Below, one piece after another: positions 1 to 8,923 of a DNA stretch of 64,000 nucleotides. Made by a program: the position numbers and the translations under genes. Position 1 is the stretch's first letter, and each line of letters begins with the position of its first letter. The stretch is taken from positions 68,337 through 132,336 of the IMG/VR virus record IMGVR_UViG_3300006467_000563; one strand, written 5' to 3'. A model generated the notes under the pieces. The model had not been told where the DNA came from and did not search any database. It saw nothing but the letters and a program-made list of their open reading frames with translations. The stretch comes from a virus (lineage: Duplodnaviria; Heunggongvirae; Uroviricota; Caudoviricetes).

Positions 1-1
1 T

Positions 2-358
2 GGAATTGAGCCAGTAAGAAGCCTACTTGTTTATAAAGATTCAAAGAGTGGTAACAATAAGCAAATTGTTCCTTATTACCGTACTAGAAAGCAGTACTAC
101 AAAACTGCATTTGAGATGGATAGTAATGAGCCTATGTTAAAAATGTGTGCCACAATTCAAAAATGGACTGATATGGGTATTTCATGCAATCTCTATTACG
201 ACTATGAAAAGTTTGAAGGTGGGGTTATCCCCCTCAGTGTAATTAGCTCTGATATTGTTAAAGCATACTCATGGGGAATCAAAACATTGTACTACATTGT
301 TACTCCTGATGGTGATGATGATGCTACTGTGTGTGCTGGAGGTGCATGTGCAATCTAG
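2..358 (+). CDS. nrdA: Ribonucleotide reductase class I alpha subunit, C-terminal fragment (runs in from the window edge)
   Basis: Frame open from base 2 (GIEP...); motifs GIEP, IQKWTDMGISCN, GIKTLYY and the C-terminal redox Cys pair CAGGAC; directly upstream of nrdB. Confidence 0.95.
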   Translation, partial: GIEPVRSLLVYKDSKSGNNKQIVPYYRTRKQYYKTAFEMDSNEPMLKMCATIQKWTDMGISCNLYYDYEKFEGGVIPLSVISSDIVKAYSWGIKTLYYIVTPDGDDDATVCAGGACAI

Positions 359-485
359 TCTAATTATCTGTGACGCGAGAACCGGCTCAAACCTTTTAGG
401 AATGAGCCTCGGTTTAGATTTAGTAATTAATAAAGACGAATTAATGGAAGCTGTTAAACATCATCATTTTGAGGAATATCTATGA
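348..485 (+). CDS. 45-aa small ORF (VQSSLIICDARTGSNLLGMSL...) with a sulfotransferase-like N-terminal loop
   Basis: GTG at 348 preceded by GGAGGT; its stop overlaps the nrdB start (ATGA); fills the nrdA-nrdB gap. Confidence 0.4.
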   Translation: MQSSLIICDARTGSNLLGMSLGLDLVINKDELMEAVKHHHFEEYL

Positions 486-1540
486 GAACAGTATATAATC
501 CGAACAACGTTAATACAAAACAACAACCCATTTTCTTTGGCGAACCTCTCGGTCTTCAGAGATTAGATAGATTAAAATATCCAAAGTTTCTTTCTCTGTA
601 TAAGAAACAACTTTCATTCATTTGGCGTCCCGGTGAGATTAGTCTAGTCAAGGATGCTGCAGATTATGAAACGCTAACTGAGAATGAAAAGTTTATTTTC
701 ACGTCTAATCTGAAGTTCCAGACTCTAATGGACTCATGCATTAGTAGAGGCGTAGAGACGTTACTGCCTTATATTTCTCTGCCAGAAGTAGAATACTGCT
801 GTAAGGTATGGGGTATGTTTGAGTGTATTCACAGTGAGTCTTATAACTACATCATCGAAAACGTTTATCCAGACTTCTCTGAAATGCTTGATTCTATCGC
901 TGACGACGAAGAGATTATGAAGCGTGGTAAGAAAGTAAAAGAGTGGTATGATAAGCTACTTAATGTAGATGAAAACGATAAGCGTAAAACACTTTATAAG
1001 ACTCTAATCAGCATCAACATTCTAGAAGCTGTGCAGTTCTTTGTTAGCTTTGTGTGCTCATTTGCATTCGGTAATAATAAGAAGATGATAGGCGACGCCT
1101 CTATTATTAAATTGATTCGTAGAGACGAAAATCTACACCTTCAAATCACACAAAATATGTTGCAAGCATTACATTCAAAACCAGAAGAAGGTTTTATGGA
1201 TGTAGCACGTGATTGTGCGAAAGATGTAGAGGGAATGTTTATCCAAGCTGTTGATGAGGAAAAAGAGTGGGCAAGATACCTATTTAAAGATGGGTCTCTA
1301 CTTGGCCTAACTGAAGCAATTCTATGCGAATATATCGAGTGGATTGCAAATTTAAGATTAAAGACCTTGGGCATGCCAGAAATCTACCCAAAGGCTAGGA
1401 ACACCATGTCTGGATGGCTGAATTCTTGGATGGGAGAGGCTAATCAGGTCGCACCACAAGAACAGGAAAATACGGAATATAAAATCGGTGAATCCCGGAA
1501 CGATATTAAGGGATTTGACTTTGGAGGAATTGAACTGTGA
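482..1540 (+). CDS. nrdB: Ribonucleotide reductase class Ia beta subunit
   Basis: Diiron ligands and radical Tyr present: TLMDS, ECIHSESY, LEAVQFFVSF, RDENLH; C-terminal APQEQENTEY. Confidence 0.95.
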   Translation: MRTVYNPNNVNTKQQPIFFGEPLGLQRLDRLKYPKFLSLYKKQLSFIWRPGEISLVKDAADYETLTENEKFIFTSNLKFQTLMDSCISRGVETLLPYISLPEVEYCCKVWGMFECIHSESYNYIIENVYPDFSEMLDSIADDEEIMKRGKKVKEWYDKLLNVDENDKRKTLYKTLISINILEAVQFFVSFVCSFAFGNNKKMIGDASIIKLIRRDENLHLQITQNMLQALHSKPEEGFMDVARDCAKDVEGMFIQAVDEEKEWARYLFKDGSLLGLTEAILCEYIEWIANLRLKTLGMPEIYPKARNTMSGWLNSWMGEANQVAPQEQENTEYKIGESRNDIKGFDFGGIEL

Positions 1541-2142
1541 TTGAACTAACTTATCAAGAAGACTCACAATTTTGTGCTGTAGAAGTAACTGAAGAGATTG
1601 CTGCACGTTTTAATCAGGAAGTGGCTGACGCTTTCCACGGTGCTATTGGCATCTCTGGGGAGGTCTCTGAGATTCATGAGGCTTTTTATAATGCTAATTT
1701 TTTGCCTGATAAGATTGACACTGTAAATCTTCAAGAAGAGCTTGGAGATATCTGCTGGTATATTGCTAATATGTGCACAGCACTCAAATACGATGCGAAT
1801 TGGGCATTACCTCAGACAAAAGTCGAACAGTCTGCAGATGAGGGGCTGGACAACTTCTTGCTAAAATCCATAAAAATGTCAGTAATTTCAGGAAATATCA
1901 TGGATGCATTCAAGCGAAAAATCTATTATAATGTAGAGCTTGATAAAGGAAAGTTGATTGATTGGTTAAACCAGTTAATTAAACTCGTTTATGGTATGGC
2001 AGAGAACCTAAAAATCGCATTACCTATTGTTCAACAAAAAAATGTTGATAAATTAAGGGAAAGATTTGGAGAAAAATTTTCTGAACATGCTGCTTCCAAT
2101 AGAAATTTAGAGGCAGAACGAGAAATTTTGGAAAAAAATTAA
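1537..2142 (+). CDS. MazG-like NTP pyrophosphohydrolase with tandem repeat
   Basis: GISGEVSE...EELGDICWY and NVDKLRERF motifs; second half repeats the fold without the acidic motif. Confidence 0.75.
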   Translation: MIELTYQEDSQFCAVEVTEEIAARFNQEVADAFHGAIGISGEVSEIHEAFYNANFLPDKIDTVNLQEELGDICWYIANMCTALKYDANWALPQTKVEQSADEGLDNFLLKSIKMSVISGNIMDAFKRKIYYNVELDKGKLIDWLNQLIKLVYGMAENLKIALPIVQQKNVDKLRERFGEKFSEHAASNRNLEAEREILEKN

Positions 2143-2154
2143 CAAAATAAAAGA

Positions 2155-2171
2155 AAAATTGGGTGTATAAT
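2155..2171 (+). promoter_or_regulatory. Putative phage promoter, AAAATTGGGTGTATAAT (GGTGTATAAT core)
   Basis: Intergenic, upstream of the phoH operon; the same core occurs at 40462-40471 and 62040-62049 on the - strand; no properly spaced -35. Confidence 0.55.
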
Positions 2172-2249
2172 ACATTGACGAAATGAAAAAGTATTATATG
2201 CCCAGTTTATTAAGTCAATTTAGTATTTGGATAGAATTGGCAGGTTACC

Positions 2250-2987
2250 TTGAGTAAGAAAAAACGCAGAAAAAGAATTCACATCCCAGAGTACAATCAG
2301 AAAAAGCAGTTGAAAAATACATTAACGCCAAAAACAATTGGTCAAACTGAATATATTAGAGCAATTGCTGAAAATAAGATTATTTTCTGCACTGGGCCAG
2401 CAGGTAGTGGTAAAAGTTACTGTGCTGCTGGTATAGCGTGTCAAAAACTCTTTGATGGGGAAATCGACACGATTGTTATTACTAGACCAGTAGTAGGAAT
2501 TGGTAGTAAGTCTATGGGGTTTTTACCGGGAACAATGGAAGAAAAAATGGACTTCTATGTTGCTCCGATTATTGCCCACCTTAAACACTTCTTAGGCGAA
2601 GAATTATACAATAAGTATAAGCAAGAAAAAAAGATTCTTATCTCGCCACTAGAGTTTATGCGTGGTAAGACATTTGACAATGCTTTTGTCCTGCTAGACG
2701 AAGCACAGAATACGACATATGGTGAGCTTAAGATGTTTATCAGCCGTTATGGACGTGATTCAAAAATGGTATTGGATGGTGACACTAAACAAAGTGACCT
2801 AAAGCACACCAGATATGATGATGAAATAGATAAAATTAACGGTTTCGCTCTTATGATGGATTGGATGAAACAAAAAGAAGAGTTTGGTGTATGTGAGCTG
2901 CACTTTGAGGATATTGTCCGTGAAAAAGCTGTAGCTACATTCCTGAAAACTGTTGAACGAATGGAAAAGGAGATTGGCTTATCATGA
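2250..2987 (+). CDS. phoH: PhoH family ATPase
   Basis: TGPAGSGKS Walker A, ITRPVV, GFLPG, PLEFMRGKTF, LDEAQN, GDTKQSD; TTG start. Confidence 0.95.
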   Translation: MSKKKRRKRIHIPEYNQKKQLKNTLTPKTIGQTEYIRAIAENKIIFCTGPAGSGKSYCAAGIACQKLFDGEIDTIVITRPVVGIGSKSMGFLPGTMEEKMDFYVAPIIAHLKHFLGEELYNKYKQEKKILISPLEFMRGKTFDNAFVLLDEAQNTTYGELKMFISRYGRDSKMVLDGDTKQSDLKHTRYDDEIDKINGFALMMDWMKQKEEFGVCELHFEDIVREKAVATFLKTVERMEKEIGLS

Positions 2988-3487
2988 GTTTAGTCAAATG
3001 CGAGCCGGAAGAGTTTCAAGCACTTGCTGAGCAAGAAGATATTATCGAATACTACGAATGTGTTCGCGGGTATATCTGTGAGAACTGTGGAGACAAGTTT
3101 GCTGAAATTGGCACCCGTAACGGATATAAATTCAAGAAGAAATGTCCTAGTTGTAAAAAATTAACCCTTGACTCCCTCATTATGGGGGACGTCAGGGCTT
3201 TTGTTAAGGATATTACGACTGTCGGTCAATTGGCTGAAAAAGACAATAAGAAACTTGGTAAATATGGTGTTGAGGACAAGATTCGGGAAATCAAAGAACA
3301 GAAGAAAGCGGCACAAGCGGAAGTTGCTCGTCGTTCTGGTAGAGATATGAGTCGAGTTATTGAGAAAAAGGAAGACCAGAAAACTTGGTTCAATCCTAAT
3401 GGTGATAATCTGAGCCACTTGGCAGACCTTAGTCCTAAAGCACAAGAAAAATATATTGAAACTGGGATTGTAGATAAAAATGCCTAA
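2984..3487 (+). CDS. FmdB-like zinc-ribbon protein
   Basis: CENC...CPSC ribbon followed by TTVGQLAEK, typical of phage FmdB-like proteins. Confidence 0.55.
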   Translation: MSLVKCEPEEFQALAEQEDIIEYYECVRGYICENCGDKFAEIGTRNGYKFKKKCPSCKKLTLDSLIMGDVRAFVKDITTVGQLAEKDNKKLGKYGVEDKIREIKEQKKAAQAEVARRSGRDMSRVIEKKEDQKTWFNPNGDNLSHLADLSPKAQEKYIETGIVDKNA

Positions 3488-3680
3488 GACTTATTTTTTG
3501 ACTATGGCAACTTATAGTGACGATACAGAAAAGTACTATGCTTGGCCTTCAGACTTCCCAGATATGGGTGCAGAGTGGGTTCACGAAGAAATTGAAGAGA
3601 ACCTAAAATCTTTAACTTATCTTGGGCCGATTGTTGTATTAGATTATGACAATCTAGAGAGAGGAAAAGTAAATGCCTAA
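3480..3680 (+). CDS. Hypothetical protein
   Basis: Overlap-coupled small ORF in a tightly packed operon. Confidence 0.55.
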   Translation: MPKTYFLTMATYSDDTEKYYAWPSDFPDMGAEWVHEEIEENLKSLTYLGPIVVLDYDNLERGKVNA

Positions 3681-3888
3681 AGCACGTCAAGAGCACGTTG
3701 CGATTGTAGATATTCAAATTGCAATTTTTACCAAAGATGGGCAAGAATTACATGGACCTGTTATGAATCAACAAGATATGTTGGCAGAACAAGTGCCTCA
3801 TATGAAACGGATTCAAGTCACTGGTTTTGACAAGTTTGAATGTCTAAAAAAAGTACGTGAAGCAATAAAAAAAATGGAGGATGTATGA
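3673..3888 (+). CDS. Hypothetical protein
   Basis: GAGG SD; overlap-coupled to both neighbours. Confidence 0.6.
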   Translation: MPKARQEHVAIVDIQIAIFTKDGQELHGPVMNQQDMLAEQVPHMKRIQVTGFDKFECLKKVREAIKKMEDV

Positions 3889-4205
3889 ATGAACCAATTC
3901 CGGGCCACTTAGTTTATGGCTTTACAAAATCAGAGGAAGATAAGAAAGGGCTATACGAAAAAGATGTTATAACAGTTACTTGCCCTAGCTGTAAGCGTCA
4001 TTGTGTTGATATTAAAACAGTTGATGACCAACCTATTTTTCTTAAACATATCATTGTCTGTCCATTCTGTGATGAGGAAAGTTTCATCTATAAAACAGAA
4101 GGAAGCTACATTTATGACCTTCCAGACAACGTTTGTGCGAAAGATATTGTATATGAAGAAAAAGACCAAGTCAAGTTATTTTTAGGGAGTAAAAATGCCA
4201 GATAG
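3885..4205 (+). CDS. Zinc-finger hypothetical protein
   Basis: CPSC and CPFC pairs; GGAGG SD; ATGA overlap. Confidence 0.65.
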   Translation: MNEPIPGHLVYGFTKSEEDKKGLYEKDVITVTCPSCKRHCVDIKTVDDQPIFLKHIIVCPFCDEESFIYKTEGSYIYDLPDNVCAKDIVYEEKDQVKLFLGSKNAR

Positions 4206-4527
4206 AAAATCTGATGTGTATGAGAATGTATTCTACACAAAAGGCAGAAAACGTCTGAGTAACGGGGAATATGCAAGTATTTGCCAAACAACAGACAGTA
4301 AACAAATGTGTGCTAGATATGCACTTAACACAGAATCAAAAGAAGAGTTGTTTTATATCAAGATGCATGGTGGTCGATTGATTGACCCATATCGTCCAGA
4401 GAATTCGAAAAACAACCGTTTTACGTACAAAAAAGTATCGCTACGTAATTTCAAAAAGTATGTTCGTTATTTGCAGACAGGTTCTGAGTATTTATTCAAA
4501 GAAGTTGTCCGCGATATCGAAAATTAA
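4195..4527 (+). CDS. Hypothetical basic protein
   Basis: GGGAG SD; coupled ORF. Confidence 0.65.
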   Translation: MPDRKSDVYENVFYTKGRKRLSNGEYASICQTTDSKQMCARYALNTESKEELFYIKMHGGRLIDPYRPENSKNNRFTYKKVSLRNFKKYVRYLQTGSEYLFKEVVRDIEN

Positions 4528-4539
4528 GAAGGAGTAGTA

Positions 4540-4959
4540 ATGGTTAAAAAAGGCCGTTTAAGTAAACTAGAAATCCACTATATCAAAACTAATCCCGGTA
4601 TGACTAATGAAGAGTTAGCATCAGAATTGGATAGAAGTGTGGATTCAGTCGCAAAGGTAATTCGTGACACTGTTATCGAATCTGATGATACACAATCAGC
4701 AACATCCGAATCAGTAGATACTGATGATTTGACAGACGAGCAGAAAGAGGCTTTGAGACGTGTAGAGAATAAGCCTAGAGATGACAACCCAGCAGATGTA
4801 CGTGCTGTTGATGGTAGTAATCTACCAGTCCGTAATCTTGGTAAGAATGCAGGTTGGGTTGCATTAACAGCAGCAGAAGCTATGCGTGCTGACAGTATCC
4901 CACAAAGATTCTCTGCTAAGAAAGGAACCCCCGGTGCAAGAAGAGCATTTAAAGAATAG
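4540..4959 (+). CDS. Putative HTH DNA-binding protein
   Basis: AAGGAG SD; N-terminal MTNEELASELDRSVDSVAKVI helix-turn-helix pattern. Confidence 0.6.
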   Translation: MVKKGRLSKLEIHYIKTNPGMTNEELASELDRSVDSVAKVIRDTVIESDDTQSATSESVDTDDLTDEQKEALRRVENKPRDDNPADVRAVDGSNLPVRNLGKNAGWVALTAAEAMRADSIPQRFSAKKGTPGARRAFKE

Positions 4960-4987
4960 CGAAGTTTGTACCCAGCTTGATAAGTGG

Positions 4988-5407
4988 ATGGACGATACTT
5001 GGGTCCATTCCACTCGTTGGGTAGTTGAGTTATCTAATGGAGAAACTGTCTGGCAAGATGATGGTAGACCCGGACTAGATGAAGACTCAGCTTGGGTCAG
5101 ATTGAAAAACTATTGTGAGAATAACGGATACACAATTAAGAGTATGCGTCTCCAGTTCAGAAATAATAAGCCAGAACAGGTTTATTCTGGGGGGGAATCA
5201 TATTTCTTCAGTAAGTTAATTCGTGCTTCATTTGGTACTTCAAAGAATGACCAAGTTCTGAATACTCATTACTATCTAGTCGGTATGCAAAAGGATGGTG
5301 CAGTATATATCGATAAATGGCTTGTTCCAGCATTAGTAGTGCAAGATACTTACGTTCGTAGTGTGTATGACTGTCAGGAAAATCTGATTGGAGGATACAA
5401 TGAATAA
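4988..5407 (+). CDS. Hypothetical protein (start uncertain; frame open from 4886)
   Basis: Globular-looking WVVELSNGETVWQDDGRPG sequence; coupled to the next gene. Confidence 0.6.
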   Translation: MDDTWVHSTRWVVELSNGETVWQDDGRPGLDEDSAWVRLKNYCENNGYTIKSMRLQFRNNKPEQVYSGGESYFFSKLIRASFGTSKNDQVLNTHYYLVGMQKDGAVYIDKWLVPALVVQDTYVRSVYDCQENLIGGYNE

Positions 5408-5945
5408 TGATTTAATGACTTGGATTGAGCAAAACGGTCCAATCAAGAATGAAGAAGAATATCTTGCTCTTAAGCAGTTGATTAAAGATTATGAATCTAA
5501 CACACAATCAGTTCTGATGAAATATATCAATGATGGCATTAGTGTAGATGCAGATGAATTAGAAGGTGAATTAGACTATCCAAGCGACCCTGAGCAGTAT
5601 GAGAAGTTAAAACAAGAAATTCTCATGTGTGCAGAAGGATATACTTGGGAGCAAATTGAATTTATCAAAGAACGTGCTAAACAACGCAAAGACTTTATTG
5701 AATCTCAAGACCCCAACAAAAAAGCATGTGAAGCATTTTGGGATGATAATGTCATACCAGATGTTAATTTTGAACAGGCAGACGAATATGGTCCGTATTC
5801 TAAATATCGTGCACCAGATAGTCCGCAAAGGTTTAAAATCAACCGTTTAACAGACTACGGAAAAAGTGGAAAAACCAAGCTAAAAGTATTGAAGTATAAA
5901 ACTATTGGACTCGTAAGAAAGTGCATGAAATGGCTAAAAAGGTAA
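5400..5945 (+). CDS. Hypothetical protein
   Basis: GGAGG SD then ATG at 5400. Confidence 0.65.
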   Translation: MNNDLMTWIEQNGPIKNEEEYLALKQLIKDYESNTQSVLMKYINDGISVDADELEGELDYPSDPEQYEKLKQEILMCAEGYTWEQIEFIKERAKQRKDFIESQDPNKKACEAFWDDNVIPDVNFEQADEYGPYSKYRAPDSPQRFKINRLTDYGKSGKTKLKVLKYKTIGLVRKCMKWLKR

Positions 5946-6352
5946 CATCCAGAATTAGCGGTAAGGAAATAACGCAAGCTCAGTATATTACTGAGCTTGT
6001 TTGCTCTCGTAGGTACAAAAAAAAGGAAGGGGTTGATGCCAAGACTGGATTCTGGGCTACCAACCACTATTGGGGCAAAGAATATAAAACACAAATCACT
6101 AAAGCACATGCTTTGTTAAGAATGTATGACTTTAGTGTTATCGTGCAGGTCTTAGATAAAGAATCATGGATGTTTTCTCTGCACAACAAAAGTCTCAGCC
6201 AGAAACTCTTAGATGCTCAATCTCAGCAGGATAAGAAAAACGAGGCACTGAAAGACAAAAAGATAGAAGTGGTAAAAACAGATAACTATCGCAGTCGCCA
6301 GTTCTCAAACAAAAAAGGCGGTCTGTTGAATAAATTGAAGGAAATGGAATAA
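5921..6352 (+). CDS. Hypothetical protein upstream of recA
   Basis: 143-aa ORF; TAATG coupling to recA. Confidence 0.65.
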   Translation: MHEMAKKVTSRISGKEITQAQYITELVCSRRYKKKEGVDAKTGFWATNHYWGKEYKTQITKAHALLRMYDFSVIVQVLDKESWMFSLHNKSLSQKLLDAQSQQDKKNEALKDKKIEVVKTDNYRSRQFSNKKGGLLNKLKEME

Positions 6353-7458
6353 TGGCTGTAGCAGAATATAAAGAGGGTTTAGATAAAGTTAAAAAAGACA
6401 TTCTGAAAAAGTATAACTATCAGATGAAGCCGATTTCTTGTTTGGCAGAAGAAGATAAGAAAGTACTTTCGATTAGTCCTATGTTTGACTTACAGTTGAG
6501 CGGCGGAATCCCAGAAGGTTCTAATGTTTTACTATCTGGACCACCGAAATGCGGTAAAAGTACACTGGCGTTACAGATAGCACTTGGAGCACAAGAGCTT
6601 GATGGGCGACCAGTTTTTTACTTTGACGTAGAAGGTAGATTTAAGAAGATGAATCTACATACAGTACACGGATTAGATGGTAGCCAGATTGAGCATATCC
6701 GTTCTGAGGAAGGTAAACTACTTTCAGGGGAAGACCATCTTAACATGGCATGGGATATTATTCAAAATCTACCACGATGTGTTGTCATCATCGACTCTAC
6801 TTCTCAGATTTGCTCTGCTGGGGAATTGGCAGACGACATCAAAGGCGGTATTCGTGCTTCTGGTCCCCAACTGATGAGTGCTTTTACTCGTAAGCTGGCA
6901 ACTGCAGTTTCAGTTAACAATTCTATTGTTGTTATGATTCAACATATTATTGCAGACACTGGCAGAAGTATGAAAACGAAAGCAGTTTCTGGAGGTAATA
7001 AAATCCAGTATCAGGGTGATGTTAACTTAGAATGTTCTCACTTCCAAGACTGGCTCAATGGTGAAAAATTAATTGGTAAGATTAGTCACTGGAAAGTCGT
7101 TACATCAGCAATGGGCGGGCCTACAGGCTCTTTTCCTGCCTACATCAGATATGGATATGGTTTAGATAAGACTAATGAAATTCTTGAGCTGGCACAGGAT
7201 ATGGGGCTACTCTCTAAAGCTGGGTCATGGATTACGCTGACTAGCCTGATTGATATGGTTGGTATCGACAAGGAATTAACAGCTTATGCTGTTGAGAATG
7301 ACATTGATATCGAAAAGGTTATGACAGACAAGAAAACAAAGGAAGCGTTGCAAAAACTATTTAAGTTTCAAGGTGCTGCAAAAACCCGCGATTTCTTAGA
7401 GGCTCACCCATATATGTTAAAAGCAATGAATGAAAAAATTAAGGAAATTCTTCAATGA
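6352..7458 (+). CDS. recA: RecA/UvsX-like recombinase
   Basis: LSGGIPEG, GPPKCGKST Walker A, FDVEG, VIIDS Walker B, SGGNKIQY, IRYGYG, KAGSW. Confidence 0.9.
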   Translation: MAVAEYKEGLDKVKKDILKKYNYQMKPISCLAEEDKKVLSISPMFDLQLSGGIPEGSNVLLSGPPKCGKSTLALQIALGAQELDGRPVFYFDVEGRFKKMNLHTVHGLDGSQIEHIRSEEGKLLSGEDHLNMAWDIIQNLPRCVVIIDSTSQICSAGELADDIKGGIRASGPQLMSAFTRKLATAVSVNNSIVVMIQHIIADTGRSMKTKAVSGGNKIQYQGDVNLECSHFQDWLNGEKLIGKISHWKVVTSAMGGPTGSFPAYIRYGYGLDKTNEILELAQDMGLLSKAGSWITLTSLIDMVGIDKELTAYAVENDIDIEKVMTDKKTKEALQKLFKFQGAAKTRDFLEAHPYMLKAMNEKIKEILQ

Positions 7459-7871
7459 AATTCAAAGGTTTTGATGGTCGGGAATACTCGTTTGAACTAA
7501 AATATAGTAAAGTCCGTCCAAAAAGACGATGCTCTAAGGAACATAAGCGTGCTAGAGTAATTCTGAATGAAATGTTTCCATCTAGCATTATAGTTGAAGA
7601 GCTGCCACTTAAGGGCAGCAAGACGCCAAAAAATAGTACTCTTGCTGCCGACTTTTATATCCCATCACACAACCTCATTGTCGAGGTTCACGGGCAGCAA
7701 CATTATGAGTATACACCACATTTTCATACAACAAAATATGAATTTGTTCGTTCACAAATGCGTGATAGAGTCAAGTCAGAATGGTGTGAGCTAAATAATA
7801 TCACATTGGTTGTTTTGAAATATTCAGATAAAGATGAAGATTGGAGAGTGGCAATTGAGTCAACAAAATAG
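7455..7871 (+). CDS. Vsr/DUF559-like PD-(D/E)XK endonuclease
   Basis: ADFYIP...IVEVHGQQHY...RDRVKSEWC pattern. Confidence 0.7.
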   Translation: MKFKGFDGREYSFELKYSKVRPKRRCSKEHKRARVILNEMFPSSIIVEELPLKGSKTPKNSTLAADFYIPSHNLIVEVHGQQHYEYTPHFHTTKYEFVRSQMRDRVKSEWCELNNITLVVLKYSDKDEDWRVAIESTK

Positions 7872-8334
7872 TGCAGATAAGACTACTCAACTAAAAAACA
7901 AATTGGATGAATTATTAGATAGTGTCGCTTTAGGGGATGCTAAGAAATTCATTAACAACAATACAAAGAAAATTCTAGAACTAACACCTTCTCAAATGAA
8001 GACTATGCATCCAGAAGATTTGTTTGAGGCTGCATATCTCTTGAGACAATATGCTGTTAAATTGAATCTAGATTTTAATAGGTACAGTGTTATTGTAGAC
8101 TGGTGTAGTGCAGAAATTGACGGTCAGGTTATTGAAGCTGATTTGGCTGACATTTATCAATACGAATTAAAAGTGGCTACTGTGGTAAAGCAAAACAGTT
8201 ACGCCAAACAGGTTAATACAATACGAAAATACAATTCAGCTTATCGTGAGCAGTTGAGGAATATCTCTAAGGATGTCACAAACATGGCTAACACATTAGA
8301 GAATTACGCTCGATGGAGGAAATATAATGGATAG
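7834..8334 (+). CDS. Helical/coiled-coil hypothetical protein (possibly UvsY-like mediator)
   Basis: All-helical character, position next to recA; function is inference only. Confidence 0.5.
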   Translation: MKIGEWQLSQQNSADKTTQLKNKLDELLDSVALGDAKKFINNNTKKILELTPSQMKTMHPEDLFEAAYLLRQYAVKLNLDFNRYSVIVDWCSAEIDGQVIEADLADIYQYELKVATVVKQNSYAKQVNTIRKYNSAYREQLRNISKDVTNMANTLENYARWRKYNG

Positions 8335-8920
8335 AGCAGGCTTAAATGAATTAGTCGGACAGGCTTTGATGAATATAGCTCAGTACGACAAAAACGGTCA
8401 ATTACATGAAGATGTAAGACAGGTTGCTTATGCAATGTTCTTAATTACAAATGACGAAGAATGGCTCGATACTTTTGGTATAGCATTAGAAGACTGTCTC
8501 ACAGAAGAAGAGCATGAGCCAGAGTCAAAACCAGATTCTGAGTATATTGAGCCGAAGAAAAAAGAAGGGTTCGGCGGACCAATCATTCTTGGACAAAACC
8601 AAGATACCGTAGACCCATTTAATATCCCGACAACAATAGAACCATTACTGCCACCGCCCGGACATAAGAGGGTCAACAAGTTTAAGGATTATGGTACTGT
8701 AGTAGAAAAAGATGATGCTTTGATTGATAGTAAGATTAAACGTCCTACTTATAGACCAAATAGGCGTGCTCGTGCAGACAGCTACATGAAACAAATGAGA
8801 TGCACACAATGTAACAGGGAAGATGAAGTAGATAGTAGAACTATCTTTAAGGGCAGCTACCAATATGAGCACGGGTATCACTGTCCAAAATGTATGAGGA
8901 ATTTAGTAAGTAGGAGGTAG
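8327..8920 (+). CDS. Hypothetical protein with C-terminal zinc finger
   Basis: CTQC...CPKC at the C-terminus; GGAGG SD. Confidence 0.6.
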   Translation: MDRAGLNELVGQALMNIAQYDKNGQLHEDVRQVAYAMFLITNDEEWLDTFGIALEDCLTEEEHEPESKPDSEYIEPKKKEGFGGPIILGQNQDTVDPFNIPTTIEPLLPPPGHKRVNKFKDYGTVVEKDDALIDSKIKRPTYRPNRRARADSYMKQMRCTQCNREDEVDSRTIFKGSYQYEHGYHCPKCMRNLVSRR

Positions 8921-8923
8921 CGT

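Noticed and set aside
305-325. GATGGTGATGATGATG microsatellite-like run
   Set aside because: Simply encodes the acidic linker before the NrdA C-terminal Cys pair.
2175-2203. TTGACG as a -35 for phoH
   Set aside because: No -10 hexamer at 16-18 bp spacing.
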